A DNA stretch of 64,000 nucleotides, from the NCBI GenBank assembly GCA_937125475.1, contig CAKZLL010000379.1, forward strand, positions 3,372 to 67,371. Direction: 5' to 3'. The translations under genes were made by a program, and so were the position numbers. This document shows positions 48,522 through 58,654 of this stretch, one piece after another. The notes under the pieces are model-generated. The model made no database searches and had not been told where the DNA came from. It saw nothing but the letters and a program-made list of their open reading frames with translations. Source of the DNA: an uncultured Saprospiraceae bacterium. Its GTDB lineage: Bacteria; Bacteroidota; Bacteroidia; Chitinophagales; Saprospiraceae. Each line of letters starts with the position of its first letter. Positions within the stretch are counted from its first letter, which is position 1.

Positions 48522-49232
48522 CTAAATTTTATTGACTTTTTCTACTGTGATTTCCGAACCTTCTGCGAGCATGACCGAAGTCGGTTTTTGTTGATTTAGA
48601 AAACTAAATCGCTCGCCATATACTTTTCCATAATCCAAGTCTAGCTCATATTTTTGAACAGGATAAGCCCGCCATGACGGATGTGTCACTTCGTATTCAA
48701 AGGTTTTTTTATCATTAATTTTGGTGTAGCCCCAATAATGCTCCGTTATAAATTCTTCCTCACTTCCTTTTTCGATATATTCACTTTCCAAACTCGCTTG
48801 AACACCTACTTTTTGCCAAACGCCTTTGCATTTCCATTCATAAGAAACGGATCTACTCTTTTCGTTTTCTGACCAACTATGACGCATCGGCATCGTTTGA
48901 TAATGTTCTTTATATAATGTATTCGCAACAATTGTGATCGCATGGCGTGGCACAATTTCTTTAATAAAAACAACGCCTCGTTTTGACTCGCCGCTTTTTG
49001 TGCGATGCTTGACATAAAATCGCAAATTCACTTCCTCAAAGTTAATATGAAAAGGAATTTTCAAACCAAGCATTTTTGTATTAACAAACATAAATCCAAC
49101 TAAACTTACATAACAGCGCCCATTCCAAAGATCTAATTCCGTATGGGCTGGAATATCATTGATTAGTATCATTGGATCAATTTCGTAATTCACTAATATT
49201 AATTTTCGCCATTCTGCATTTAGGAAACTCAT
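48522..49232 (-). CDS. Conserved hypothetical protein (DUF2071-like)
   Basis: 236 aa; the N-terminal FLNAEWRKLILVNYEIDP pattern resembles the DUF2071 family as I recall it; not verified. Confidence 0.5.
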   Translation of the reverse strand: MSFLNAEWRKLILVNYEIDPMILINDIPAHTELDLWNGRCYVSLVGFMFVNTKMLGLKIPFHINFEEVNLRFYVKHRTKSGESKRGVVFIKEIVPRHAITIVANTLYKEHYQTMPMRHSWSENEKSRSVSYEWKCKGVWQKVGVQASLESEYIEKGSEEEFITEHYWGYTKINDKKTFEYEVTHPSWRAYPVQKYELDLDYGKVYGERFSFLNQQKPTSVMLAEGSEITVEKVNKI

Positions 49233-49376
49233 ATGATAAATATTTTATGCTCGTTTTGAGGCAAAGGTGTGCCTTTGCCCTACAATTTATGATTTTTTCG
49301 ATCATCCAGTTAAATATCTTGAAAGACTTGTATAACTTAGAGGATCTAACTAAGTAACAAATCAAATTTGAAAAAG

Positions 49377-50828
49377 ATGGAGAACGAACGAATTATTGAA
49401 AATAAAGAACTCAATATCTGGGAAGCGTTAATTCCTTTATTGGTTTTGATCGGGCTATTAGCATTTAATGTTTTTGTTTTTGGCGATGACGGATTGAGCG
49501 GAACTAATCAATTTATATTACTTCTAGGCGGTGCTGTTGCTGCGATTGTTGGTTTTAACAATAATGTCAGTTATGAAAGAATGATGGATGAAATTGGAAG
49601 CAATTTTAAATCTACGGCTGGCGCACTCTTGATTTTATTGATGGTTGGCGCATTAGCCGCAGCTTGGCTGATTAGTGGAATCATTCTTGCAATGGTCTAT
49701 TATGGTTTAAAAATCCTACATCCTTCTATCTTTTTTCCTGCTACGGTTATTATTTGTTCTATCATTTCAATCGCGACGGGAAGTTCTTGGACAACTTCCG
49801 CAACAGTCGGTATTGCCTTAGTTGGAATTGGTAATGCGATGGGATTACCCGCAGGAATGACCGCAGGCGCAGTTTTGTCTGGCGCTTATTTTGGTGATAA
49901 ATTATCTCCGCTTTCAGATACAACGAATTTGGCAGCAGTGATGGCAGGAACGGAATTATTCACCCACATTAAATATATGTTATTCACAACTGTGCCGTCG
50001 ATTGTGATTGCATTGATTGTTTTTACTATTTTAGGATTGACACAAAACACCTCTGGAGCAGTAGATACAGCTTCTATCATGACTGCAATTGATGGGACTT
50101 TCAATATTTCTGGTTGGTTGTTTCTTGTACCAATTGCTGTAATTGTGATGATTATCAAAAAAACAAAACCATTGATTGCACTTTTGGGTGGTACATTATT
50201 AGGGGCTGTTTTTGCACTAATTTTTCAGCCCGATATTATCGTAGGTGTCGCAGGGGCGGAACAATTGGATTTTGTTGCTGGCTATAAAGGAACAATGCAA
50301 GCTATGACGACAGGAGCAAGTATTGAAACACCAAATGCAGAATTAAATGATTTATTTTCTGCTGGAGGTATGAAAGGAATGTTAGGCACAATTTGGTTGA
50401 TCTTATGTGCATTAGTTTTTGGTGGAATTATGGATGCAATTGGCGCTTTGGCGCGAATTAGCCGAGCATTATTGAGTATGGCAAAATCAACTTTTGGATT
50501 ATTTGCAAGTACCGTAGCTAGTTGTTTAGCAGTTAATATTTCAGCTTCTGACCAATATTTAGCAATCGTAGTACCAGGAAAAATGTATGCAAAAGCCTAT
50601 GAGGAAAAGGGGTTAGCTCCTGAAAACCTCAGTAGAACCTTAGAGGATAGTGGAACAGTGACCTCGGTTTTGATTCCTTGGAATACTTGTGGCGCGTATC
50701 AAGCTACAACGTTAGGCGTTTCGGTATTTGATTATGCAATCTATGCTGTGTTTAATTATGTTAGTCCGTTCATGACGTTGATTTTTGCCGCATTTGCAAT
50801 CAAAATCAAACAGTTAAAAGAACAATAA
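49377..50828 (+). CDS. nhaC: Na+/H+ antiporter, NhaC family
   Basis: The track ORF begins at a TTG (49368); the first ATG is at 49377. Polytopic membrane protein with NhaC-like segments (GSSWTTSATVGIALVGIG, DSGTVTSVLIPWNTCGAY). Confidence 0.82.
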   Translation: MENERIIENKELNIWEALIPLLVLIGLLAFNVFVFGDDGLSGTNQFILLLGGAVAAIVGFNNNVSYERMMDEIGSNFKSTAGALLILLMVGALAAAWLISGIILAMVYYGLKILHPSIFFPATVIICSIISIATGSSWTTSATVGIALVGIGNAMGLPAGMTAGAVLSGAYFGDKLSPLSDTTNLAAVMAGTELFTHIKYMLFTTVPSIVIALIVFTILGLTQNTSGAVDTASIMTAIDGTFNISGWLFLVPIAVIVMIIKKTKPLIALLGGTLLGAVFALIFQPDIIVGVAGAEQLDFVAGYKGTMQAMTTGASIETPNAELNDLFSAGGMKGMLGTIWLILCALVFGGIMDAIGALARISRALLSMAKSTFGLFASTVASCLAVNISASDQYLAIVVPGKMYAKAYEEKGLAPENLSRTLEDSGTVTSVLIPWNTCGAYQATTLGVSVFDYAIYAVFNYVSPFMTLIFAAFAIKIKQLKEQ

Positions 50829-50863
50829 ACTAATATTTTTTAATTATTAATATTTCTAATATT

Positions 50864-50900
50864 AAAAAACCTTTGATATTTCTAATGTTGAAGGTTTTTT
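50864..50900 (+). terminator. Rho-independent terminator of nhaC
   Basis: aaaaaacctt...aaggtttttt stem-loop with a trailing T-run. Confidence 0.7.
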
Positions 50901-50973
50901 GATTTTAATCTAAAATGAACTTGTGCAATACTGTTTTTTTAGTAAATTTGATTTACATTAAAACTATATATAT

Positions 50974-51900
50974 ATGTCCGAAGGAGAATACTCAGAAGAA
51001 TATTCATATACCAATTGCAAAAATTGCGCAACAGAATTAAGCAAAGACGCAAAATACTGTCAAACTTGTGGTGCAAAAGTGATCAGAGAGCGCCTTACTG
51101 CGAAATCCGTCATCAAGGAAATGATCAAGAAGATATTCGTTTGGGATAATAAGTATTTCTTCACCGTCAAAGAATTGATCGTACGTCCTGAGGTTGTTTT
51201 CAAAGAATATTTAGGTGGTGTAAGAAAAAAATACCTTCATCCTGTCACTTTTTTAATGGTCGGGGCAGCGATTGCACTCATTCTTTTTAATCGCTATTCT
51301 GATGAATATGTCGCGTTATCAAATGGATTTAATGAAAGTGAGTTTAATTGGATTGAAGATGTTTTGCCACATCATAAAAGATATAAAGGTGATTCTATTC
51401 AAATTGTAACGGATTCTATTACAGGTGTAGTAGACTCTATTCCAGTAAATATTGATTCTTTAGAACAAATCGCATTTGAAGAATATAAAGTAGAACAACT
51501 CGAAGGGAATGAAAAAGCCCAACGAATGATTCTCAAATACTTTAACCTTTTTACTTTATTCATTCTGCCATTTTATGCATTATTGGCGTTTTTGACTTTT
51601 CGCAAACCTTATAATTATGGAGAACATTTCGTTATCACTGCTTTTATACAAGGGTTAACTTTCGTTTCGACGACAATTTTCTTTCTATTAAGCGTTTTTG
51701 TTCATCCAACTTTTTATATAGCATCAATTTTATTAACGATTTTTTATTACTCTTATTTTTATACCCGATTATATAAACGTTCTTTTGGTTGGGCAGTATT
51801 AAGATTTCTAAAATTTATAGGATTTTTACTATTAATAATGTTAGGATTTTTCATTGCAGGAGTTATTTCGGTTATTATTTATAAAGTAGCTGGAGGTTAA
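50974..51900 (+). CDS. Zinc-ribbon membrane protein (DUF3667-like)
   Basis: 308 aa; N-terminal CKNC...CQTCG zinc ribbon followed by several TM helices. Confidence 0.6.
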   Translation: MSEGEYSEEYSYTNCKNCATELSKDAKYCQTCGAKVIRERLTAKSVIKEMIKKIFVWDNKYFFTVKELIVRPEVVFKEYLGGVRKKYLHPVTFLMVGAAIALILFNRYSDEYVALSNGFNESEFNWIEDVLPHHKRYKGDSIQIVTDSITGVVDSIPVNIDSLEQIAFEEYKVEQLEGNEKAQRMILKYFNLFTLFILPFYALLAFLTFRKPYNYGEHFVITAFIQGLTFVSTTIFFLLSVFVHPTFYIASILLTIFYYSYFYTRLYKRSFGWAVLRFLKFIGFLLLIMLGFFIAGVISVIIYKVAGG

Positions 51901-52090
51901 ATCCCTTTTGTTTTTTAGAAAAAAGAACGCACGCAGAAATGAAAAATCGTGATTAGACAAAAGAGCCATCAAAGCTATTTTTCATTAGACTTTCGATACT
52001 CAACCTGACATTTTTTTAGGGGATTTTGCTTGTGTAAAAGAGAAGAATGGGAACGCAGATAATGCCAACTTTTTACGGATACTAAAATGA

Positions 52091-52125
52091 AAAAAGCCTA
52101 ATCTTTTTAGAATTAGGCTTTTTTC
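52091..52125. terminator. Bidirectional hairpin terminator
   Basis: aaaaagcctaat / attaggcttttt stem between the convergent genes 50974-51900(+) and lpxD(-). Confidence 0.75.
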
Positions 52126-52141
52126 ATTCTTTTTCAAAAAA

Positions 52142-53089
52142 TTAAGCTTCCCTTTTTAGTAATGCTAAAATTTTAGGTAATAATTTAGTTAATTTTCTCA
52201 AAGTCGCTTGTTCCTTATGATGCGTTCGGATCGGTTGAGCAGGTGAACCAAAATAAGCCTCCCCTCCAGCTAGAGATTTAGAAACACCAGATTGTGCCGA
52301 AATAGATACCTTTTCACCAATAGTCAAACCGTGAGCTACACCAACTTGACCATATAATACGGCATCATCTCCGATTTTGGTTTTTCCAGCAATGCCGACT
52401 TGAGCCGCAATTAAGCAGTTTTTACCAATAACAACTCCGTGAGCAATATGGCAATGGTTATCAATTTTTGTTCCTTTTCCGATAATTGTATCGCCCGAAA
52501 CCCCCTTATCAATTGCGCATAATGCGCCGATTTCAACATTATCTTCAATGATTACTCGACCACAAGAATGCCATTTAGTAAAACCTTCATCTGTACCTTT
52601 ATAATAAAAAGCATCCGTTCCAATGACTGTTCCTGCATTAATAATAGCATTGTCTCCGATTATTGTATAAGAGTGTAACACAACATTTGAACGGATCAAG
52701 CAATTTTTTCCAATCGTCACATGTTCACCAAGAATGACGTTCGGTTCAATGATTGTACCCTCTCCAATTTTAGCTGTTTTACTATTTTCTTTAACATATT
52801 CATACGGTTGAAAAAACTCAGTAAGCTTATTATAAGCCGAAAAAGGATTTTCATGGAATAAAAGTGTTTTCCCTTCTGGACAGTCGATTTCTTTATTAAT
52901 TAAAACAAAACTCGCCTCAGACTTCAATGCTTTTGAAAAATAACGCTCTACATCTACAAAAACCAAATCTCCAACTTCAACTTTATGAATTTCATTAATT
53001 CCTGTCACAATGGCATTTTCATCACCAATAACTTTAGCATTAATGAGTGCAGCAATTTCTTTTACAGTAACTTGTTTACCTAGTTTCAT
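52142..53089 (-). CDS. lpxD: UDP-3-O-acylglucosamine N-acyltransferase
   Basis: 315 aa; LpxD N-terminal domain followed by left-handed beta-helix hexapeptide repeats and a C-terminal helix. Confidence 0.82.
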   Translation of the reverse strand: MKLGKQVTVKEIAALINAKVIGDENAIVTGINEIHKVEVGDLVFVDVERYFSKALKSEASFVLINKEIDCPEGKTLLFHENPFSAYNKLTEFFQPYEYVKENSKTAKIGEGTIIEPNVILGEHVTIGKNCLIRSNVVLHSYTIIGDNAIINAGTVIGTDAFYYKGTDEGFTKWHSCGRVIIEDNVEIGALCAIDKGVSGDTIIGKGTKIDNHCHIAHGVVIGKNCLIAAQVGIAGKTKIGDDAVLYGQVGVAHGLTIGEKVSISAQSGVSKSLAGGEAYFGSPAQPIRTHHKEQATLRKLTKLLPKILALLKREA

Positions 53090-53351
53090 CCTTTTGATTA
53101 ATATATGGAATGACGATTGTTCAACTTAAAATTTAAGCCTTCATTTAAATTAGTATCATCATTCGAAGTTGATAACTTTATTATTAAAAAAATGTTTACT
53201 TTAAAAATATTTTCCTTTTGATAAAAGAGAAAAAAAACTATCTATTGTACTACTTTTATGGTTAGAACGATTTGAATTAGGCAAAATTATTAATTTTGTG
53301 CATTGATAAAGTACAAGACACGATTATTAAGTAATTTAATTAAAAAATAAT

Positions 53352-54476
53352 ATGAAAAATACACCTTTCACTCAAAAACATATTGAATTAGGAGCAAAAA
53401 TGGTTCCTTTCGCTGGCTACAATATGCCGATCTTATATAAAGGTATTCAAGAAGAGCATCGATGTATCCGTGAAAACGTGGGTGTTTTTGATGTTTCTCA
53501 TATGGGCGAATTTATTGTGAGAGGAAAACAGGCATTCGATTTAGTACAAAAAATAACATCTAATAATGTCGCAAAATTAGAGATTGGAGGTATTCAATAC
53601 TCTTGTCTTCCTAATAATGATGGCGGAATTGTGGATGATTTATTGGTTTATCGTTTATCCGAAGAAAAATGTTCGGAAGGAGAGCAAGCCTATATGCTAG
53701 TGGTAAATGCATCGAATATTGAGAAAGATTGGAACTGGATGCAATCGCATAATAACTTTGATGTACAAACGATTGACATCTCTGGTCAAACAGCTTTGTT
53801 AGCAGTACAAGGACCTAATGCAGCAGCAGCTTTGCAGAGTTTAACTGATCTGGATTTGGCGAATATGAAATATTATACTTTCCAAAAAGGTACATTTGCA
53901 GGCATAGAAAATGTCTTAGTTTCTGCGACAGGTTATACTGGTGCTGGCGGTTTTGAAATTTATATCAACAATGAAAATGCTGCAACAGTTTGGGACGCTA
54001 TTTTTAAGGCTGGAGCAGCTCATGGTATTCAACCTGTGGGTTTGGGCGCTAGAGATACATTGCGTTTGGAGAAAGGATATTGCTTGTATGGTAATGATAT
54101 TAATGATACAACTTCGCCGCTAGAAGCTGGTTTGGGCTGGATTACTAAAGTAAAAACAGGCGGTGATTTTGTTGGAAAAAAATATTTAGTAGATCAGAAG
54201 GCTGCTGGTTTGACACGTCGTTTGGTCGGTTTTGAAATGAAAGGTAGAGGTATTGCACGCCATGATTATAAAATTGTAGATCCAGAAGGTAATGAAATTG
54301 GAATAGTGACTTCTGGAACAAAATCTCCTACTTTGGGGAAATCCATCGGAATGGGATATGTTACGAGTGAATTTAAAAAAGCAGGAAGCGAAATTTATAT
54401 TCAAATTCGTAAAAAAACAGTTCAAGCAGAAGTGGTTAAATTACCATTCTTGGAAAATAACCTGGTTTGTAAATAA
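53352..54476 (+). CDS. gcvT: Glycine cleavage system aminomethyltransferase T
   Basis: 374 aa; FAGYNMPILY, FDVSHMGEF, GYTGAGGFEIY, ARDTLRLE signatures. Confidence 0.93.
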   Translation: MKNTPFTQKHIELGAKMVPFAGYNMPILYKGIQEEHRCIRENVGVFDVSHMGEFIVRGKQAFDLVQKITSNNVAKLEIGGIQYSCLPNNDGGIVDDLLVYRLSEEKCSEGEQAYMLVVNASNIEKDWNWMQSHNNFDVQTIDISGQTALLAVQGPNAAAALQSLTDLDLANMKYYTFQKGTFAGIENVLVSATGYTGAGGFEIYINNENAATVWDAIFKAGAAHGIQPVGLGARDTLRLEKGYCLYGNDINDTTSPLEAGLGWITKVKTGGDFVGKKYLVDQKAAGLTRRLVGFEMKGRGIARHDYKIVDPEGNEIGIVTSGTKSPTLGKSIGMGYVTSEFKKAGSEIYIQIRKKTVQAEVVKLPFLENNLVCK

Positions 54477-54649
54477 AGAATGGTAAAAAGGTAAATATTC
54501 TAATGATTAAGGGTATTTGCTTTTTTACCATTTTTTATTCCAACATGATAATAAAACAACTTCGATTTCCAATCAAAACATAAAAACCATTTTCAACCGT
54601 TTATATAATTGAATAGATCAATCTAAGTTTCATTATATAATTAATTAGC

Positions 54650-55204
54650 ATGAAATCAGTCCAATTAATTTTTCTAATTATTTCTTGTCATTTTTCTTTT
54701 TCCGCTTTCGCTCAAAATTGGCTAGATGGCGCGGAACAAAAATGGGATAACAACCCCAAAGAATGGACAATTTACACCGATAGTTTGGAAGGAGAGTTGA
54801 ATTTTCGTTGGCAATTATCAAATGGAACGGAAGCCTGGGATTATATAATTGGAGATGATATTAGTGGAAATATAGAGCAAACTTGGGGGAATGATCGAAC
54901 AGAATGGACGCTCAGAGCAACAAATGGAGAGATTATTACAATGAAAACCGTTTGGCAAAATGACCTCACCGAATGGCGTATTACCGATAATACCGAATCA
55001 TTTAAGCTCCAACAAAAATGGAATAATGATAAAAATGAATGGTATATTGATGACAAAGAATGGGGCGAAATGCTTTTAGAAACCAATTATCACAATGATT
55101 TTCGCGATTGGAAAGTAACCGATGACTTGAAGGATGGACTAAATATTCATTTTAGAATGGCAATTATGTTTGTGGTCTTGACTAATACAATAAGCGGTTT
55201 CTAG
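54650..55204 (+). CDS. Secreted Trp-rich repeat protein, function unknown
   Basis: 184 aa; signal peptide; five copies of W-x-N-(D/N)-x-x-(E/D)-W-x-(I/L/V) (KWDNNPKEWTI, TWGNDRTEWTL, VWQNDLTEWRI, KWNNDKNEWYI, YHNDFRDWKV). Confidence 0.55.
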   Translation: MKSVQLIFLIISCHFSFSAFAQNWLDGAEQKWDNNPKEWTIYTDSLEGELNFRWQLSNGTEAWDYIIGDDISGNIEQTWGNDRTEWTLRATNGEIITMKTVWQNDLTEWRITDNTESFKLQQKWNNDKNEWYIDDKEWGEMLLETNYHNDFRDWKVTDDLKDGLNIHFRMAIMFVVLTNTISGF

Positions 55205-55316
55205 GATTAAATCAATTTATTTGATATATCACCAAATGTTTTATAACTTTTTTGATAATAAAAAAAAAATACTTCAAGAATACCGTATCTTTAAAGCCTC
55301 TATTAACTGATAAAAT

Positions 55317-56432
55317 ATGCTTGAAAATTTCTTACGACCAATTTCTATTGATAAAATCATCAACATTAATGATTTAGAACCTTTCCAATTGGGAAAACAT
55401 CTGAAAATTTATTCGGACTACTTTCCTAATTTATCAGATATAAAAGTCGTGATCATTGGCGTTGGTAAGCAAGAAGCGAATGCTGTTCGACGATGCCTTT
55501 ATCAGTTATCCAACTATTCCTCCGACCTTAAAATTGCCGATTTAGGTAATTTAGCCAAATCTAATACTGAAGTTTTATTACCTGTTATCAAAGAATTATT
55601 GGATGGTCAAATCCTACCAATTATCATAGGAGAAACCCATCACCTGAGTTTGGCTCAATATCAAGCTTATCATTTGCGCGAGCAACTTTGTAATATGGTT
55701 ATTGTTGATAGAACCATAGATTTTACGTTTAGTAAAACTCGGGCGCGTCGCAATCAATATTTTTTAAACAAAATACTCCAAGCCGAAAAAAGTTATTTAT
55801 TACATTTAGGATTGGTTGGTTATCAGAGCCATTTTGTAGATCCACGCACGTTAGAACTTTTTGAAGAATACCAATTTGATTATACCCGATTGGGGCATCT
55901 CCGAGCTAACTTGGAAGAAGTTGAGCCAATTATCAGAGATGCAGATTTTTTGAGTTTTGATATTTCTGCCATTCGACAATCTGAATCGCCAGGTTCATTA
56001 TCCCCTTCTCCAAGTGGATTATTTGCAGAGGAAGCTTGCAAATTAGCTCATTATGCTGGGATGAATGACAAATTATCTTCAATAGGCTTCTATGGTTTTG
56101 ATCAAGAATTAGATATTAATAATCAAACGGCTCATCTTATTGCACAAATGATTTGGTACTTTTTAGATGGATTTTCTAATAGAAAAGAAGATTATCCAAT
56201 TAATACAGACGGTTTTGTGGAATATGTCGTGGATTTTAAAAGTAGTGATTATCAAATTACCTTTTGGAAATCTACTCGGAGTGACCGCTGGTGGATGCAA
56301 ATTCCAGTAAAAAACAAAAGTAAAAAATATGATCACCATCGTTTAGTTTCTTGTTCTTATAATGATTATTTGCAGGCTTGTCGCGAAGAGTTATCTGAAA
56401 GGTTAGTTAATGCTTTCAGTCGCTTTGCTTAA
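55317..56432 (+). CDS. Arginase/formiminoglutamase-fold protein with degenerate metal-binding motifs
   Basis: 371 aa; ureohydrolase-like layout, but GGDHS reads GETHH, DAHxD reads DRTID and SxDxDxxDP reads SFDISAIRQSESPG. Confidence 0.55.
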   Translation: MLENFLRPISIDKIININDLEPFQLGKHLKIYSDYFPNLSDIKVVIIGVGKQEANAVRRCLYQLSNYSSDLKIADLGNLAKSNTEVLLPVIKELLDGQILPIIIGETHHLSLAQYQAYHLREQLCNMVIVDRTIDFTFSKTRARRNQYFLNKILQAEKSYLLHLGLVGYQSHFVDPRTLELFEEYQFDYTRLGHLRANLEEVEPIIRDADFLSFDISAIRQSESPGSLSPSPSGLFAEEACKLAHYAGMNDKLSSIGFYGFDQELDINNQTAHLIAQMIWYFLDGFSNRKEDYPINTDGFVEYVVDFKSSDYQITFWKSTRSDRWWMQIPVKNKSKKYDHHRLVSCSYNDYLQACREELSERLVNAFSRFA

Positions 56433-56662
56433 ATAAAAAAGAGCTTTTAAAGCAAGGAAAACAAACATTATTTGCATAGTATATCTCATTGTTAGATTTT
56501 TTATTATTAATATTCTTCATTTAGTTATCCTCTAACTATCTCATTATCAATATCACTACTTCTTTTTCTTTATATTAAAAAAAATACATATTATATTTTT
56601 TATTAATATAAAATATACCTATATTAGCATACCACTTTAAGAAAAAAACAATACACAAAACT

Positions 56663-58441
56663 ATGCAATTTAATCAAATACATTTGCTACTTAGCAATAT
56701 CTTAATAGGTATATTAGCGTTTAGTTCATCACTAAATGCACAAGTAATTTCCAATCCGACACGATTACTCTGCCATGAAATAGTTCAAGTTCCAGCGAAT
56801 TTTGCTCAAATTCAGGAGTTAATAAAAGTAGGTGCAGATATTAATTGTCATTGCGAAACGATTAAAAGAACCCGTTTTTTACGCCAAGACAAGACAATAA
56901 TTCATTTTTACGCACCTCATATTTCGGAATATCACGTCAAAGCTAATTCAAGTAAAAATACACTTATTGAGCGCGTTTATGTTTCTCCAATGCAAATTGC
57001 ATTAGCAAGGGAAGATTACGCTCTGATGCGTTTTTTAATCGGTAGCGGTGTTAACTTAAATCATCATTCCTCTGATGGTTTAAAACCTTTAGAATATGCG
57101 CTTCATACCCGCAAGCAAAGTTTAGCGAATTTTCTCATGAATATGGGAGCTGATATGAAAAAAGTTAATATAGGTTGTCCAAGAGATGTCAATATGGCTA
57201 GGTTTTATGTTAATCGAGGAGCTGACCCAAGAACAATCAGAATTGATTGCGCTCTTTCTAACAAAAAACTCGCTCAACAGTTGATTAATCTCAATCCAGA
57301 TTTTAAAGGAAAAAATTTATCTGATTATAGCTTTAATGATTTAATTCAGAAGCCTAAGTTATTAGAGTTCTTATTAGTCAATAGTTTTTCGCCTGATGGC
57401 ATGAATAATAGTATCGAACAAAGAACACTTTTGAGTTTGGCTGCGGAATTAGGTAAATCAGATATCGTTGATATTCTATTAAAACACGATGCAAATATTA
57501 ATCTTCGAGACGCAGAAGAATTAACACCGCTTTGCCACGCTGTAATGAATAATGAAACGGAAATTGTCAAAAAGCTCATTCAAAATGGTGCAAAAATTAA
57601 TACGCTAATTGGCGATAAAAATGTTCAAACGCCCTTATCTATGGCACTCAAACAGCGCAACAGTCAATTAGTTGGTGTCCTGTTAGAGAATGGTGCTAAC
57701 ATCAGATTAGGTGATGACGATTTATTAGCGAAAGCCATTGAATATAATGATGAAAACCTTATTCGTCAATTAATCCAATATGGTGAATCTCCTCAGCGTT
57801 TGATGAAGTTATACACTTCGGAATATCTTTTTGATCATCCGAAAACGTTTGAATTTGTCATTTCAATGGGAGCGCTTCAATCAATGGATAATAGCGATTA
57901 TACCATTCAAGCAGTCAAGACAGGTAACAATGATATTGCCGAATTATTAATCAAACATAAAACAGGATTAAGTAAAGCTGACTCGAATGGAAAAACACCA
58001 CTTCATTATGCTTTTGAGCAAAAAAATTATGCTTTAGCTTATCAATTAATTGAAGCTGGAGCTAATGTCAATGCTCAAATGCAAGGTTTCGAACCATTTT
58101 TGCACCGAGCGGTTAATGATAAGAATTTAGTGATGTTACATAAATTAATTCAAAATGGTGCAGATCTAAATAGCCCAAATTCTAATAATATAACGGCTTT
58201 ACATGTTGCTGTTTTAACTCGAAATTACGAAATGGCAAAAATCTTATTAAAAGCCAATGCAATAATTAATTGTGAGGATTTATTTAAAGCTATCCATTTG
58301 GAGCACTATTCTATGGTTAAAATATTAGTTGAAAATGGAGCTGATTTGAATTGCAAAAAACGTGGAAAAACTATTGTACAATATGCTAAAAAAAATAATC
58401 TCTCCTACCGAATTTCACAATATCTCAAAGGAGCGATTTAA
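56663..58441 (+). CDS. Secreted ankyrin-repeat protein
   Basis: 592 aa; signal peptide; many 33-aa ANK units (G-x-TPLH-x-A-x-x-x-x-N-x-x-x-x-x-x-L-(I/L)-x-x-GA-x-(I/V)N). Confidence 0.85.
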   Translation: MQFNQIHLLLSNILIGILAFSSSLNAQVISNPTRLLCHEIVQVPANFAQIQELIKVGADINCHCETIKRTRFLRQDKTIIHFYAPHISEYHVKANSSKNTLIERVYVSPMQIALAREDYALMRFLIGSGVNLNHHSSDGLKPLEYALHTRKQSLANFLMNMGADMKKVNIGCPRDVNMARFYVNRGADPRTIRIDCALSNKKLAQQLINLNPDFKGKNLSDYSFNDLIQKPKLLEFLLVNSFSPDGMNNSIEQRTLLSLAAELGKSDIVDILLKHDANINLRDAEELTPLCHAVMNNETEIVKKLIQNGAKINTLIGDKNVQTPLSMALKQRNSQLVGVLLENGANIRLGDDDLLAKAIEYNDENLIRQLIQYGESPQRLMKLYTSEYLFDHPKTFEFVISMGALQSMDNSDYTIQAVKTGNNDIAELLIKHKTGLSKADSNGKTPLHYAFEQKNYALAYQLIEAGANVNAQMQGFEPFLHRAVNDKNLVMLHKLIQNGADLNSPNSNNITALHVAVLTRNYEMAKILLKANAIINCEDLFKAIHLEHYSMVKILVENGADLNCKKRGKTIVQYAKKNNLSYRISQYLKGAI

Positions 58442-58557
58442 TTCAATTGAGAATTGATAATGGACAATTGATAATGCCTGAGTTGGCGCGATTTTCATTA
58501 GACTTGTTCTGCAGCAGCTTAATGGGCTGCGACGGGCAAATTTAGTTAATAAAAATA

Positions 58558-58599
58558 GAAAAGCCATTTTGAGTAATAAACTACTCAAAATGGCTTTTC
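58558..58599. terminator. Bidirectional hairpin terminator
   Basis: gaaaagccattttgagta / tactcaaaatggcttttc 18-bp stem between convergent genes. Confidence 0.8.
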
Positions 58600-58654
58600 T
58601 ATTTGGTTCTTTGACAATTTTCAAATCGAAAATACATCAATTATCAATTATCAA

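Noticed and set aside
53090-53351. Glycine riboswitch upstream of gcvT
   Set aside because: I could not find the conserved GGAGAG / CACCG cores or paired aptamer structure. The region is plain AT-rich promoter sequence.
58415-58624. 69-aa minus-strand ORF between the ankyrin and SPOR genes
   Set aside because: It spans an 18-bp-stem bidirectional terminator and the heptamer arrays, and it overlaps the end of the ankyrin gene. It is not credible as coding.
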